A stretch of 64,000 nucleotides of DNA, from positions 32,001 to 96,000 of the forward strand of contig CAWHCF010000002.1 in the NCBI GenBank assembly GCA_963827655.1. The letters run 5' to 3'. Positions 13,389 to 22,277 of the stretch are shown here, in pieces. The position numbers were made by a program, and so were the translations under genes. The DNA is from an uncultured Acidobacteriota bacterium (lineage in GTDB: Bacteria; Acidobacteriota; UBA6911). Below the pieces are notes generated by a model that worked only from the letters and a program-made list of their open reading frames with translations, had not been told where the DNA came from and ran no database searches. Position 1 is the stretch's first letter; every line of letters starts with the position of its first letter.

Positions 13389-13476
13389 GATCTAGGATTC
13401 AGGATTCAGGGATTCGGGACCGTAGGTTGGTGCCTCTTTCGGAACTTCAATCCGCAATCTGCAATCCGCAATCGAA
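13380..13476. repeat. Two heptamer tandem arrays (AGGATCT/AGGATTC and AATCCGC) between convergent glnS and gltX
   Basis: AGGATCT x2, AGGATTC x2, AGGGATTC at 13380-13415; AATCCGC AATCTGC AATCCGC AATCGAA at 13449-13476. Confidence 0.85.
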
Positions 13477-13477
13477 A

Positions 13478-15004
13478 TCACTCGCGCCGGCCGTACAGAG
13501 TCTCGTAGGTTTTCTCGACCGCCTTCAGTCCTTTTGCCGAGAGTCCTCCCAGAGCCCCAAGAGCGCGCCGGAGGCGCATCCGGACCAGGTCTGAACCGAG
13601 TATCTCCATGGACTGGAACAGCGGCGTTGCGACCTCAGTACCAGTCACGGCGACGTAGAACGGTGGGAGTAATTCGCGAAGCTTGAGGCTGAATTTTTCG
13701 GCCAGATCGCGGAAGACCTGCTCGAGCGCGTCGCCGGTAAACTCTCGAACCTGCTCGAGCCTCCAGATCGCGATCTGCAGCAGGGCCAGCAATTCCTCTT
13801 GAGTCTTTCCCTTGAGCTTCAGCTTTTCCGGATCGAAGGGTACTTCGTCGGCAAAGAAAAACGCCGTCAGGTAGCCCCAGTCGGACAGTGTTTCCAGCCT
13901 GGGCTGGGCCAGCGGAATGATGCGATCCAGCGTATGCCGGCCCAGCGCCCATCTCTCGAGCGCTGCGCGCAGCGAAGCGGTATCGTAGTTCTCGCGGATA
14001 TACCGGCCGTTCAGCCAGCGCAGCTTCTGCATATCGAACACGGGGCCACCGAGCGAGATATCTTCCAGCCTGAAGTTTCGGATCAGTTCTTCCACAGTAA
14101 ACTTCTCGTCCCCCTCGGCGCGCGACCAGCCCATGAGGCCTATGAAATTCAAGAGTGCTTCGGGCAAGAAGCCGGCGCGGCGATAGTAACCGATCGAGGT
14201 TGGATTCTTGCGTTTGGATAGCTTGGACCGCGTCGGGTCGTTATTCCGCAGCAGGGGGAGATGGCAGAAGATGGGCGGCTCCCAGCCAAGATATTCGTAG
14301 AGTTTGAGGTGCTTCGGAACGGAGTTGATCCATTCTTCGCCCCGAATCACGTGGGTGATTCCCATCAAGTGGTCGTCCACGACATTGGCGAGGTGGTAAG
14401 TCGGGAATTCATCGGATTTGAGAAGGATCTGGTCGTCAATCGTCTCCCAGTCCTTGTGAATTTCTCCGCGCAGGAGATCTCGCATGACGCAGCTGCCGCT
14501 CAGCGGTACCTTCATCCGCACCACGAATGGCTCACCGGCGCCGGCGCGGCGGATCGAGACTTCAGGCGGGATGTCGCGGCAACTTCGGTCATAGCCCGGA
14601 AACAGCTTCTTGTCGCGATTGGCGGCGCGCATTTGCTCGAGCCGCTCCTGAGTGCAAAAGCAGCGATACGCGTCTCCGGCCTCGAGAAGTCGACGAACGT
14701 GTTCGCGGTAGATTTCGGTCCGCTCGCTCTGCCGGTACGGGGCATGAGGACCGCCGATATCGGGACCCTCATCCCACGTAAGGCCGATCCAGCGCAAGGA
14801 TTCCAGGATCGCCTCCTCGGACTGCGTGGTCGAGCGCGCCCGATCCGTATCTTCGATGCGAAGGATGAACTGGCCTCCCTGCTGCCTGGCGAAGACATAG
14901 TTGAAAAGGGCCTGGTAGGCAGTCCCGATATGGGGATCCCCCGTCGGGGAAGGAGCGACGCGAACGCGAACGGGTGAGCGGGAGATGACGTTTTCGGGAG
15001 CCAA
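13478..15004 (-). CDS. gltX: Glutamate--tRNA ligase
   Basis: APSPTGDPHIG, RIEDTD, PTYHLANVVDD, IRGEEW, KLSKR, helical anticodon-binding domain. Confidence 0.95.
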   Translation of the reverse strand: MAPENVISRSPVRVRVAPSPTGDPHIGTAYQALFNYVFARQQGGQFILRIEDTDRARSTTQSEEAILESLRWIGLTWDEGPDIGGPHAPYRQSERTEIYREHVRRLLEAGDAYRCFCTQERLEQMRAANRDKKLFPGYDRSCRDIPPEVSIRRAGAGEPFVVRMKVPLSGSCVMRDLLRGEIHKDWETIDDQILLKSDEFPTYHLANVVDDHLMGITHVIRGEEWINSVPKHLKLYEYLGWEPPIFCHLPLLRNNDPTRSKLSKRKNPTSIGYYRRAGFLPEALLNFIGLMGWSRAEGDEKFTVEELIRNFRLEDISLGGPVFDMQKLRWLNGRYIRENYDTASLRAALERWALGRHTLDRIIPLAQPRLETLSDWGYLTAFFFADEVPFDPEKLKLKGKTQEELLALLQIAIWRLEQVREFTGDALEQVFRDLAEKFSLKLRELLPPFYVAVTGTEVATPLFQSMEILGSDLVRMRLRRALGALGGLSAKGLKAVEKTYETLYGRRE

Positions 15005-15109
15005 TTGTCAACCTCGGCGTCTCGGGACGGCGGATTTTTATCTTAATGCAGCACCCGAAGACGCGAAGACACCAAGGATTTTAAGCTGATCAGCGGACTG
15101 TGGCTTTCC

Positions 15110-15202
15110 TGGCGGAGAGGGGGGGATTCGAACCCCCGACACCGGTTTTGCCAGTGTAACTGCTTAGCAGGCAGCCCTGTTCGGCCACTCCAGCACCTCT
15201 CC
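15110..15202 (-). tRNA. tRNA-Ser (anticodon GCT)
   Basis: GGAGAGG acceptor stem, GCTGC-CT-GCT-AA-GCAGT anticodon arm, long variable arm, GGTTCGAATCC T-loop, encoded 3' CCA. Confidence 0.95.
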
Positions 15203-15293
15203 GCAGCCGAAGCAACTTTTCCAGCCAGGCCAGACCTCGCGGGAGAGCAAATAGTAGCGAATTCAAGCACTGATTTGCCAGAAGAAACTTTCC

Positions 15294-15394
15294 GATTGCG
15301 GATTGCGGATTTCGGATTGCGGATTTCAGATTGAACAAGCATGCTCGGCACCCATTCTCTTCAATCCGCAATCCGCAATCCGCAATCTGCAATT
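15294..15394. repeat. Inverted pair of heptamer arrays (GATTGCG)n / (CGCAATC)n
   Basis: Six GATT(G/T)CG-like units at 15294-15335, ~25-nt spacer, five complementary units at 15360-15394. Confidence 0.85.
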
Positions 15395-15462
15395 GGAAGA
15401 TGGCGTGCGTCGATTTTTCTCTGTAATCTTTACTTCCCATAACTCTTTGCGATTTGCGAGCC

Positions 15463-16221
15463 ATGACCATGACTCTGCGTCTGTCCATCGTCGTGCCGGC
15501 CTTCAATGAATCCGCGCGCATCGCCTCTTCGTTGCACAAAATCCGGCAGTTTCTTCTCGACGAGCGCCTGGATTCGGAAATCCTGGTAGTCAACGATGGA
15601 TCCACGGATGACACGGTGCCGGTTGTGAGAAGCCAGATGCCGGCGTTCAAATCAGTAGCTACCCTTCGTGTCCTGGAAAATCCCGGCAATCGTGGCAAGG
15701 GTTATAGCGTACGCCATGGTGTTTTGAAGTCTACGGGAGCCCAGGTGCTGTTCAGCGATGCCGACCTGTCTTGCCCGATCGAGGACTATGGCAAGCTCGC
15801 AGCCCAGCTGGCGAACGGCGCGGTTTCCATCGCCTTCGGATCGCGCGCCCTCAAGCAGTCGGAAGTTCGAATTCATCAACCGAAGGCTCGAGAATACTCC
15901 GGGCGTGTCTTCAACTTGCTCGTGCGCGCCGCTACCGGACTTCCCTTCCGCGACACTCAGTGCGGCTTCAAGCTATTCACGCGCGAGGCGGCCGATGCGG
16001 TATTCTCCCGGCAGACAGTGGAAGGGTTCGGATTTGATGTGGAGATTCTCTACATCGCGCGCAAACTGGGAATTCATGTTGCGGAAGTTCCAGTGGTCTG
16101 GGAAAACGCCGAAGGAAGCCGGGTAAGTTTTGCCAACGGCATGCGAGCTTTCCTGGACGTTCTGCGGGTGAGATACCAGGATTTCAGCGGGGCCTACGAC
16201 AAGGGAGGGGAGAATCGATAA
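15463..16221 (+). CDS. GT2 glycosyltransferase, dolichyl-phosphate beta-glucosyltransferase-like
   Basis: [41 protein letters not shown]. Confidence 0.88.
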   Translation: MTMTLRLSIVVPAFNESARIASSLHKIRQFLLDERLDSEILVVNDGSTDDTVPVVRSQMPAFKSVATLRVLENPGNRGKGYSVRHGVLKSTGAQVLFSDADLSCPIEDYGKLAAQLANGAVSIAFGSRALKQSEVRIHQPKAREYSGRVFNLLVRAATGLPFRDTQCGFKLFTREAADAVFSRQTVEGFGFDVEILYIARKLGIHVAEVPVVWENAEGSRVSFANGMRAFLDVLRVRYQDFSGAYDKGGENR

Positions 16222-16967
16222 TGACAAAGCTGGGAGTTAACATCGATCACGTTGCTACCATTCGCCAGGCGCGCAAGGCTCCTGAGCCGGACCCGGTCGC
16301 TGCGGCGGTGCTGGCCGAACTGGCGGGAGCCGATGGCATCACCGTCCACCTCAGGGGAGATCGGCGTCATATGCAGGATGCCGACGTTCGGCGGCTGAGG
16401 GAAACCGTGACAACCCGTCTCAACCTGGAGATGGCTCCCACTCGCGAGATGGTCCGGATAGCGTTGGAGCTCCGTCCGGACCAGATCACGCTGGTTCCCG
16501 AACGCCCCGGTGAGATCACCACGGAAGGAGGTCTCAATGTGGTGGCCAACGTGAAGGCGATCTCGTCTGCGCTGCGTCAACTGCAAACGAAGGATCTTCC
16601 GGTCAGCCTGTTCATCGATCCGGACCCGGAACAGGTCGATGCCGCCGCCAGGCTCGGAGTGGAAATGATGGAGATCAACACGCGGGCCTATGCCGAAACT
16701 GCCCCGCGCAGCCCGGACCTGGGCGGGGCGGCAGTGAAGCAAGAGCTGGCGAAGGTGGCGGCGGCGGCCGAGCGCGGGGCCAGCCATGGGTTGAAGATAC
16801 TTGCCGGTCATGGTCTGACCTATCGCAATGTCACCCTCATCTCGAATATTCCGGAAATCGAAGAGCTGAACATCGGGCACAACATCATTGCCCGGGCCGC
16901 GCTGGTGGGCATGGAGCGCGCCGTGCGCGAAATGCTTCTCGCCATGGGGCGTCAGATCAACTGGTGA
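16221..16967 (+). CDS. pdxJ: Pyridoxine 5'-phosphate synthase
   Basis: [43 protein letters not shown]. Confidence 0.96.
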   Translation: MTKLGVNIDHVATIRQARKAPEPDPVAAAVLAELAGADGITVHLRGDRRHMQDADVRRLRETVTTRLNLEMAPTREMVRIALELRPDQITLVPERPGEITTEGGLNVVANVKAISSALRQLQTKDLPVSLFIDPDPEQVDAAARLGVEMMEINTRAYAETAPRSPDLGGAAVKQELAKVAAAAERGASHGLKILAGHGLTYRNVTLISNIPEIEELNIGHNIIARAALVGMERAVREMLLAMGRQINW

Positions 16968-17097
16968 TGAGGCCCGGGCGTCGAACGGCCGGGGCGCATT
17001 TCCGAAACAAATACCACCAAGACACCAAGAACGAAGAAACACCAAGAATCGTGGCAAAAAAACAAGGAAGCGCCGTGACGCAAAGGCATCAAGCGGC

Positions 17098-17937
17098 ATG
17101 ACGCCAGGAACCCTTTACATCGTCGCAACTCCAATCGGAAATCTTGAGGATATTACCCTGCGCGCCCTTCAGGTTCTGCGCGCAGTCGATCTGATAGCGT
17201 GCGAAGACACTCGATACAGCGCCAGGCTGCTCGCGCATTACGGCATTATTAAGCCCCGCGAGAGTTATCACGACCACAACGAAAGAGAACGAACCCCATT
17301 CCTGCTTCAAATGCTGCACAGTGGCCGGAACATCGGGCTGATCTCGGATTCCGGCACTCCGTTAATTTCGGACCCCGGATACGTGCTGGTGTCCGCTTGC
17401 CGCAAGGAAGGAATCCCGGTTGTACCGATTCCCGGTCCCTCGGCTGTTATCGCAGCCCTGGCAGGATCCGGTCTGCCCATGAGCCGTTTCTATTTTGTTG
17501 GATTTCTCCCTCCGCGAAGCAAGGCACGAAAGGCCGAGCTTGAACAGCTGAGAGATATACCCGCCACGCTGATCTTTTACGAAGCGCCGCACCGGCTGCT
17601 GGCAACCCTTGCCGATATCAGCGCCATCCTGGGGTCTCGTCCTGCCTGCCTCGCCCGTGAATTGACCAAGATGCACGAGGAGTGGACCCGCGGCACGCTC
17701 ACAGAGCTTCTCGAGATCATGAGCGCGCGCGCGAAAATCCGGGGCGAGATTACCCTGGTGGTAGGTCCGGGCCAGGCCGGAATACCGGAGATCTCCGCCA
17801 GCGTCTCGCTGAAACAGGCCGTCGAGGACGAAATCCGCAAGACCGGCCTTTCACACAAGGAGGCTTTGAGAGAAATCGCTCGCCGTCTAGGGGTCTCCCG
17901 GAAGGACGCTTACCGGCGACTGATCGAGGAGAAGTAA
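17098..17937 (+). CDS. rsmI: 16S rRNA (cytidine1402-2'-O)-methyltransferase
   Basis: LYIVATPIGNLEDIT, ACEDTR, SDSGTPLISDPG, YEAPHR, ARELTKMHEE. Confidence 0.94.
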   Translation: MTPGTLYIVATPIGNLEDITLRALQVLRAVDLIACEDTRYSARLLAHYGIIKPRESYHDHNERERTPFLLQMLHSGRNIGLISDSGTPLISDPGYVLVSACRKEGIPVVPIPGPSAVIAALAGSGLPMSRFYFVGFLPPRSKARKAELEQLRDIPATLIFYEAPHRLLATLADISAILGSRPACLARELTKMHEEWTRGTLTELLEIMSARAKIRGEITLVVGPGQAGIPEISASVSLKQAVEDEIRKTGLSHKEALREIARRLGVSRKDAYRRLIEEK

Positions 17938-17970
17938 TTCTTGTTCGCGCGGCTTGGCGGTAAGTGGGGT

Positions 17971-19428
17971 TCACAAAAACTTGAACGGAGGAGCGGTCAC
18001 GGGATACGCCCGCGCGTACGCTTCAGCGATCCTGAGGATGGTAGCCTCCTGAAACTGATTGGCGTGAAGTTGCAGGCCGATTGGTAAACCGTCCGCAGTA
18101 AACGCGCAGGGGATGGATAGAGAAGGAATACCTGCCAGGTTCGCGGTAACCGTGAAAATATCCGAGAGATACATCGCCAGCGGGTCGTCTGTTTTCTCGC
18201 CAATCTTGAAAGGCGGCGTCGGGCTTACAGGCGTTACGAGCGCATCCACTCTTTCAAAGGCTTGTTCGTAGTCCTTCTTTATGAGCGTGCGAACCTGCAT
18301 GGCGCGCCGATAGTAAGCATCGTAGTATCCCGAGGAGAGGGCGTAGGTACCAATCATGATCCGGCGCTTCACCTCGGGGCCGAAGCCCTCGCATCGGCTT
18401 CTGCTGTACATCTCGGATAAATCTCGAGGGTTCGGCACGCGGTATCCATATCGCACGCCGTCGTAGCGCGCCAGGTTCGAGCTGGCCTCTGCCGGCGCAA
18501 TGATATAGTAGTCGGCCACCGCATATTCCGTGTGGGGCAGCGAGACGTCGACGATCTCGCAGTCCAGGGCCGCCAGATCTCTGATCGCCTGGTCGATGGC
18601 AAGCTTGATCCGCCCATCGAGCCCCGCGCCGAAGAACTCTCGCGGGATTCCCAGCCTCATGCCCCGAACGCTGTCTTTCAGCTCAGACAAGTAGTCCGGC
18701 ACCGGAACCGGGGCCGAAGTTGCGTCATGTTCGTCCCGACCGGAAATCACCGACAGAAACAGGGCCATATCCCGGGCCGAGCGGGCGAACGTGCCGATGC
18801 AGTCCAGCGATGACGCGAAAGCGACGAGCCCGTATCTCGAAATTCGGCCATACGTGGGCTTCAGCCCCATGACGTTGCAGAATGAGGCGGGCTGGCGTAC
18901 CGATCCGCCGGTTTCAGAACCGAGCCCCAGAGATGCCATTGCGGTCGACACGGCTACGGCGCTTCCGCCGCTGCTTCCTCCAGGAACGCGGTCCAGGTCA
19001 AACGGATTGCGCGTAACCTGGTAAGCCGAGTTTTCGGTGGAGGAGCCCATACCGAATTCGTCGCAATTGGTTTTGCCGATGACGAACGCGCCCGCTCGCT
19101 CCAGCCGTTCGACCACGGTTGCATTGTAGGGAGGTGTGTAGTTGTGAAGGATCTTCGAACCGCACGTGGTCCGCAGGTGACGGGTGCAAATATTGTCTTT
19201 GACCGCGACCGGGACGCCGGCGAGTGGAAGCTCTCTTTCCCCCTGAGCAACGAGTCGATCGATCTCTTGCGCCCGAGTCCGGACCCGCTCCCGTTCCACT
19301 GAAAGAAAGGCGGCGAGTTTTGAATCGAAATCGTCAATTCGCTTCAGACAGGTCTCTGCCACTTCGCCGGCGGAGATCTTCCGCGATCTCACACTCTCGC
19401 TGATTTCCAGCGCGCTGATAAAGTCCAC
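17971..19428 (-). CDS. gatA: Asp/Glu-tRNA amidotransferase subunit A
   Basis: GKTNCDEFGMGSSTENS, PGGSSGGSA, ASSNLARYDGVRYG, FGPEVKRRIMIG. Confidence 0.95.
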   Translation of the reverse strand: MDFISALEISESVRSRKISAGEVAETCLKRIDDFDSKLAAFLSVERERVRTRAQEIDRLVAQGERELPLAGVPVAVKDNICTRHLRTTCGSKILHNYTPPYNATVVERLERAGAFVIGKTNCDEFGMGSSTENSAYQVTRNPFDLDRVPGGSSGGSAVAVSTAMASLGLGSETGGSVRQPASFCNVMGLKPTYGRISRYGLVAFASSLDCIGTFARSARDMALFLSVISGRDEHDATSAPVPVPDYLSELKDSVRGMRLGIPREFFGAGLDGRIKLAIDQAIRDLAALDCEIVDVSLPHTEYAVADYYIIAPAEASSNLARYDGVRYGYRVPNPRDLSEMYSRSRCEGFGPEVKRRIMIGTYALSSGYYDAYYRRAMQVRTLIKKDYEQAFERVDALVTPVSPTPPFKIGEKTDDPLAMYLSDIFTVTANLAGIPSLSIPCAFTADGLPIGLQLHANQFQEATILRIAEAYARAYPVTAPPFKFL

Positions 19429-19446
19429 GTCGGCCTTGGAGCGAAA

Positions 19447-19743
19447 TCAAATGACTCTGGGAACGCTAAAATGTCCGTTGCCGGAATCGGGAGCATTGGC
19501 CAGCGATTCCTCAAGCGGCAGCGACGGCTTGATCTCGTCTTCTCGGAAGATGTATTGCTCGAAATCTTTCGTCAGGGAGACATGGCTTGTGGCTTCTATG
19601 CCGGCGGTGTCGACTTCGCGCAGTTTTTCGATGTAGTCGAGGATATGCTGGAACTGGCGCGTGAACGCCTCCGCCTCAGCTTCATCGAAATGAAGATGGG
19701 CCAGATCGGCAATTTTCAAGACATCATCCAGAGTTACAGGCAT
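19447..19743 (-). CDS. gatC: Asp/Glu-tRNA amidotransferase subunit C
   Basis: VLKIADLAHL, ILDYIEKLREVDT, LANAPD...FSVPRVI; directly upstream of gatA. Confidence 0.9.
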   Translation of the reverse strand: MPVTLDDVLKIADLAHLHFDEAEAEAFTRQFQHILDYIEKLREVDTAGIEATSHVSLTKDFEQYIFREDEIKPSLPLEESLANAPDSGNGHFSVPRVI

Positions 19744-19771
19744 CGTCTTTAACGTGTTGAACGCGGGAGGT

Positions 19772-20767
19772 TTACGAAACCCTGCGAGTTTTCGGAACAC
19801 TTTCGGCGAGAAGCGCCGGAGCCGCCCGTTTCAGCCAGTCGAAGTACCTTCGCGCCTTCAAAATGTCTTTGCGAATCTGGGTCGCGAGAGCATCCTTGCC
19901 GGAAAACTTCCGTTCTTCCCGCAGCCGCAGCAGAAACTCAACCGTGACATTCCGGCCATAAAGATTCTGGCCGAAGTCCAGCACATAGGTCTCAACCGTC
20001 ACGGCAGCGCCACCCGCTGCGGCCGTGACCGTCGGGCGCACCCCGATGTTGGTCACGGCAGGATGACGTCTCCCGTCGACAATCAGCAGCGTAACATACA
20101 CTCCGTTCCGCGGAATCAATTCGTTGGGGCTTTTCAGGTTTGCCGTCGGGAAGGCGATTCCGGCGCCCGTCGCTGTTCCGTGGACGATCTCGCCTGCGAG
20201 CGCATAAGGCCGGTCCAGCAGCCGGCGAGCCAGCGCGACTTGTCCCGCGAGCAGCGCCTGGCGCACTGCGGTACTCGAAACCCGGCTGCCGCGAAACTGT
20301 ACCTGTCGGATCTTTCCGACTGCAAAACCCTTTTCCTCACCAATCTCTCTCAGAAGATTGAAGCTCCCTTCCCTGCGATGGCCGAAAGCGAAGTTGGGCC
20401 CGACGTAAATCTCCTGCAGCTTCATTTGATCCCACAGGATTCGCGTCGCGAAATCGCGCGCGCTTGTTTGGGCAAACTCCAAGGTAAATGGGATCACTAT
20501 GACCATCTGGATCCCGAGCATTTCAACCGTTATCAGTTTCTGGCTGAGAGTCTGGATCTGCCGGGGGGCGTTGTAAGGCGCCAATACTTGAAGGGGATGA
20601 GGATGAAAGGTCACTACCGTGGGAGTTCCGGCGATTTTTTCCGCCCGTTTCACCAGATCGAGCATGAGCTGCTGGTGACCCAGATGCACGCCGTCAAAAT
20701 TGCCGATCGTAGCCACAGGTCGAGGGCAGCCGTGCGGCAACTCATCCAACCCGTAAAATACCTTCAT
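19772..20767 (-). CDS. ribF: Bifunctional riboflavin kinase/FAD synthetase
   Basis: IGNFDGVHLGHQ, VSSTAVR, FPTAN, NIGVRPT, LREERKF. Confidence 0.94.
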   Translation of the reverse strand: MKVFYGLDELPHGCPRPVATIGNFDGVHLGHQQLMLDLVKRAEKIAGTPTVVTFHPHPLQVLAPYNAPRQIQTLSQKLITVEMLGIQMVIVIPFTLEFAQTSARDFATRILWDQMKLQEIYVGPNFAFGHRREGSFNLLREIGEEKGFAVGKIRQVQFRGSRVSSTAVRQALLAGQVALARRLLDRPYALAGEIVHGTATGAGIAFPTANLKSPNELIPRNGVYVTLLIVDGRRHPAVTNIGVRPTVTAAAGGAAVTVETYVLDFGQNLYGRNVTVEFLLRLREERKFSGKDALATQIRKDILKARRYFDWLKRAAPALLAESVPKTRRVS

Positions 20768-20774
20768 GCCCTCT

Positions 20775-21200
20775 TTATAACTTGATCCTGCTGGTTTTGG
20801 CCATGAACTTCATCCGCAGTTCGTAGAGCACGCTGTCCAGAAGCTCATCTTCCTCCTTGGACAGATTTCCACGGGTCTTCTCCTGCAAGATCGTCAGTAT
20901 GTCCACCGTGTGGCGGGCGGACTGCAGATCCTCCTCTTTCTTGTTGGTATACGGATTAGGAACTTCTCCCAGAAGCACCAATCCCTGGGTGTAATAGGAC
21001 AAAACGTAGGATGGAAAGTCGATGCGGGCGCCGGTTCCCGGAGCCTCTTGATTGGAAGGCTCACTCTCGGCGACTTTGAAGGGTTCCGCTTTCTCCTTCG
21101 GAGGCTCCGGCGGAGGGGTCTCCTGCCGGATTTCGCCGTCTTCGCGAAACAATCTTCTGTCAGTGACCTTAAACCCGCTGTCTTCTTCTTCTTTTGTCAT
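20775..21200 (-). CDS. DUF1844 domain protein
   Basis: GFKVTDRR N-terminus, LGEVPNP, ARHTVDIL..LQEKTRGNL..EE...L...LYELRM. Confidence 0.85.
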   Translation of the reverse strand: MTKEEEDSGFKVTDRRLFREDGEIRQETPPPEPPKEKAEPFKVAESEPSNQEAPGTGARIDFPSYVLSYYTQGLVLLGEVPNPYTNKKEEDLQSARHTVDILTILQEKTRGNLSKEEDELLDSVLYELRMKFMAKTSRIKL

Positions 21201-21363
21201 AAGACAATCCTGATTGAATGCGGCTCACGGTCCGAAAACCGCAAATGCTATCACCCTGTTTGCGGTGGCTCAAGGAAAATAGCGGCGCTCAGCCCGCCCA
21301 ACAGCCTACTGCTTACTGCCTACTGCTGTGCTAGACTCTCGCCTCCTGCGGAGAGACGCGCCC

Positions 21364-22182
21364 TTGTCAAAGCGAGCGGACATTCAGAAACTGGTAGACC
21401 TGGTCGAGCGTCTGCGGGGACCGGACGGCTGCCCATGGGATAGAGAACAAACCCGCGAAACGCTTAAGCCGATGCTGATCGAAGAGGCCTATGAGGTGCT
21501 CGACGCACTCGACTCACACGATCCGAAGGAACTGAGGGAGGAGTTGGGTGATCTACTCTTTCAGGTCCTCTTTCACGCCCGGATAGCCGACGAGAAGGGC
21601 GAGTTTCACCTGGCCGACATCATCGACCGCCTCCATGAAAAAATGGTCCGCCGTCACCCCCACGTCTTCGGAAACGCCGACCTTAAGACTGCGCAGGACG
21701 TCCTCCGCAACTGGGAAGACATCAAGGCCGACGAAAAAGGAACCAGGTCTTCTTCCAGCCCCGATTCGACGCAATCGATCCTGGATGGACTTCCCTCGCG
21801 CCTGCCCGCGTTGCATCAGGCCTACCAGATGACAGCCAAGGCCGCGCGCGTCGGCTTCGACTGGAGTCGTCTGGAGGACATCCTCTTGAAACTGCGGGAG
21901 GAAGCCGAGGAACTGCTGGAAGCCCAACGGAATTCGCGGGCGGCGGAGCTTGCCGGGGAAGTCGGAGATCTCTTGTTCGTCGCCGTCAACGTCGCCCGCT
22001 TCCTTGGCGTCGACCCCGAAACCGCGCTGCGGCGGAGCAACGAGAAGTTCAGCCGGAGATTCCGATTTGTGGAATCACGAATAAAGAGTCAGGGCCGCGA
22101 GCTGAAAAATGCCACGCTTGCCGAAATGGACGCCCTGTGGGAAGAAGCCAAGCAGACGAGTGAATCAGGACCTAGGATCTAG
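21364..22182 (+). CDS. mazG: Nucleoside triphosphate pyrophosphohydrolase (start uncertain: TTG 21364 or GTG 21328)
   Basis: LRGPDGCPWDREQT, EEAYEV, EELGDLL, RRHPHVF, GFDW, two tandem MazG domains. Confidence 0.94.
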   Translation: MSKRADIQKLVDLVERLRGPDGCPWDREQTRETLKPMLIEEAYEVLDALDSHDPKELREELGDLLFQVLFHARIADEKGEFHLADIIDRLHEKMVRRHPHVFGNADLKTAQDVLRNWEDIKADEKGTRSSSSPDSTQSILDGLPSRLPALHQAYQMTAKAARVGFDWSRLEDILLKLREEAEELLEAQRNSRAAELAGEVGDLLFVAVNVARFLGVDPETALRRSNEKFSRRFRFVESRIKSQGRELKNATLAEMDALWEEAKQTSESGPRI

Positions 22183-22277
22183 GATTCAGGGATCCTGCAA
22201 TCGTCAATCGGTCAATCGTAAATCGTCTGAATCCTGTTCCTGCAATCGTAAATCGTAAATCGTCAATCGTCAATCTA
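22167..22277. repeat. Composite heptamer arrays (AGGATCT type and AATCGT(C/A) type) between convergent mazG and rne
   Basis: AGGACCT AGGATCT AGGATTC AGGGATCC followed by eight AATCGT(C/A)-like units in two blocks. Confidence 0.85.

Noticed and set aside
15110-15202. tRNA-Ser as an island attachment site
   Set aside because: No integrase and no duplicate of the tRNA 3' end seen in the window
16888-17097. N-terminal extension of RsmI (also the extended starts at 7667, 24446, 30547, 43494)
   Set aside because: Extensions translate repeats or leaders; family-typical starts lie downstream
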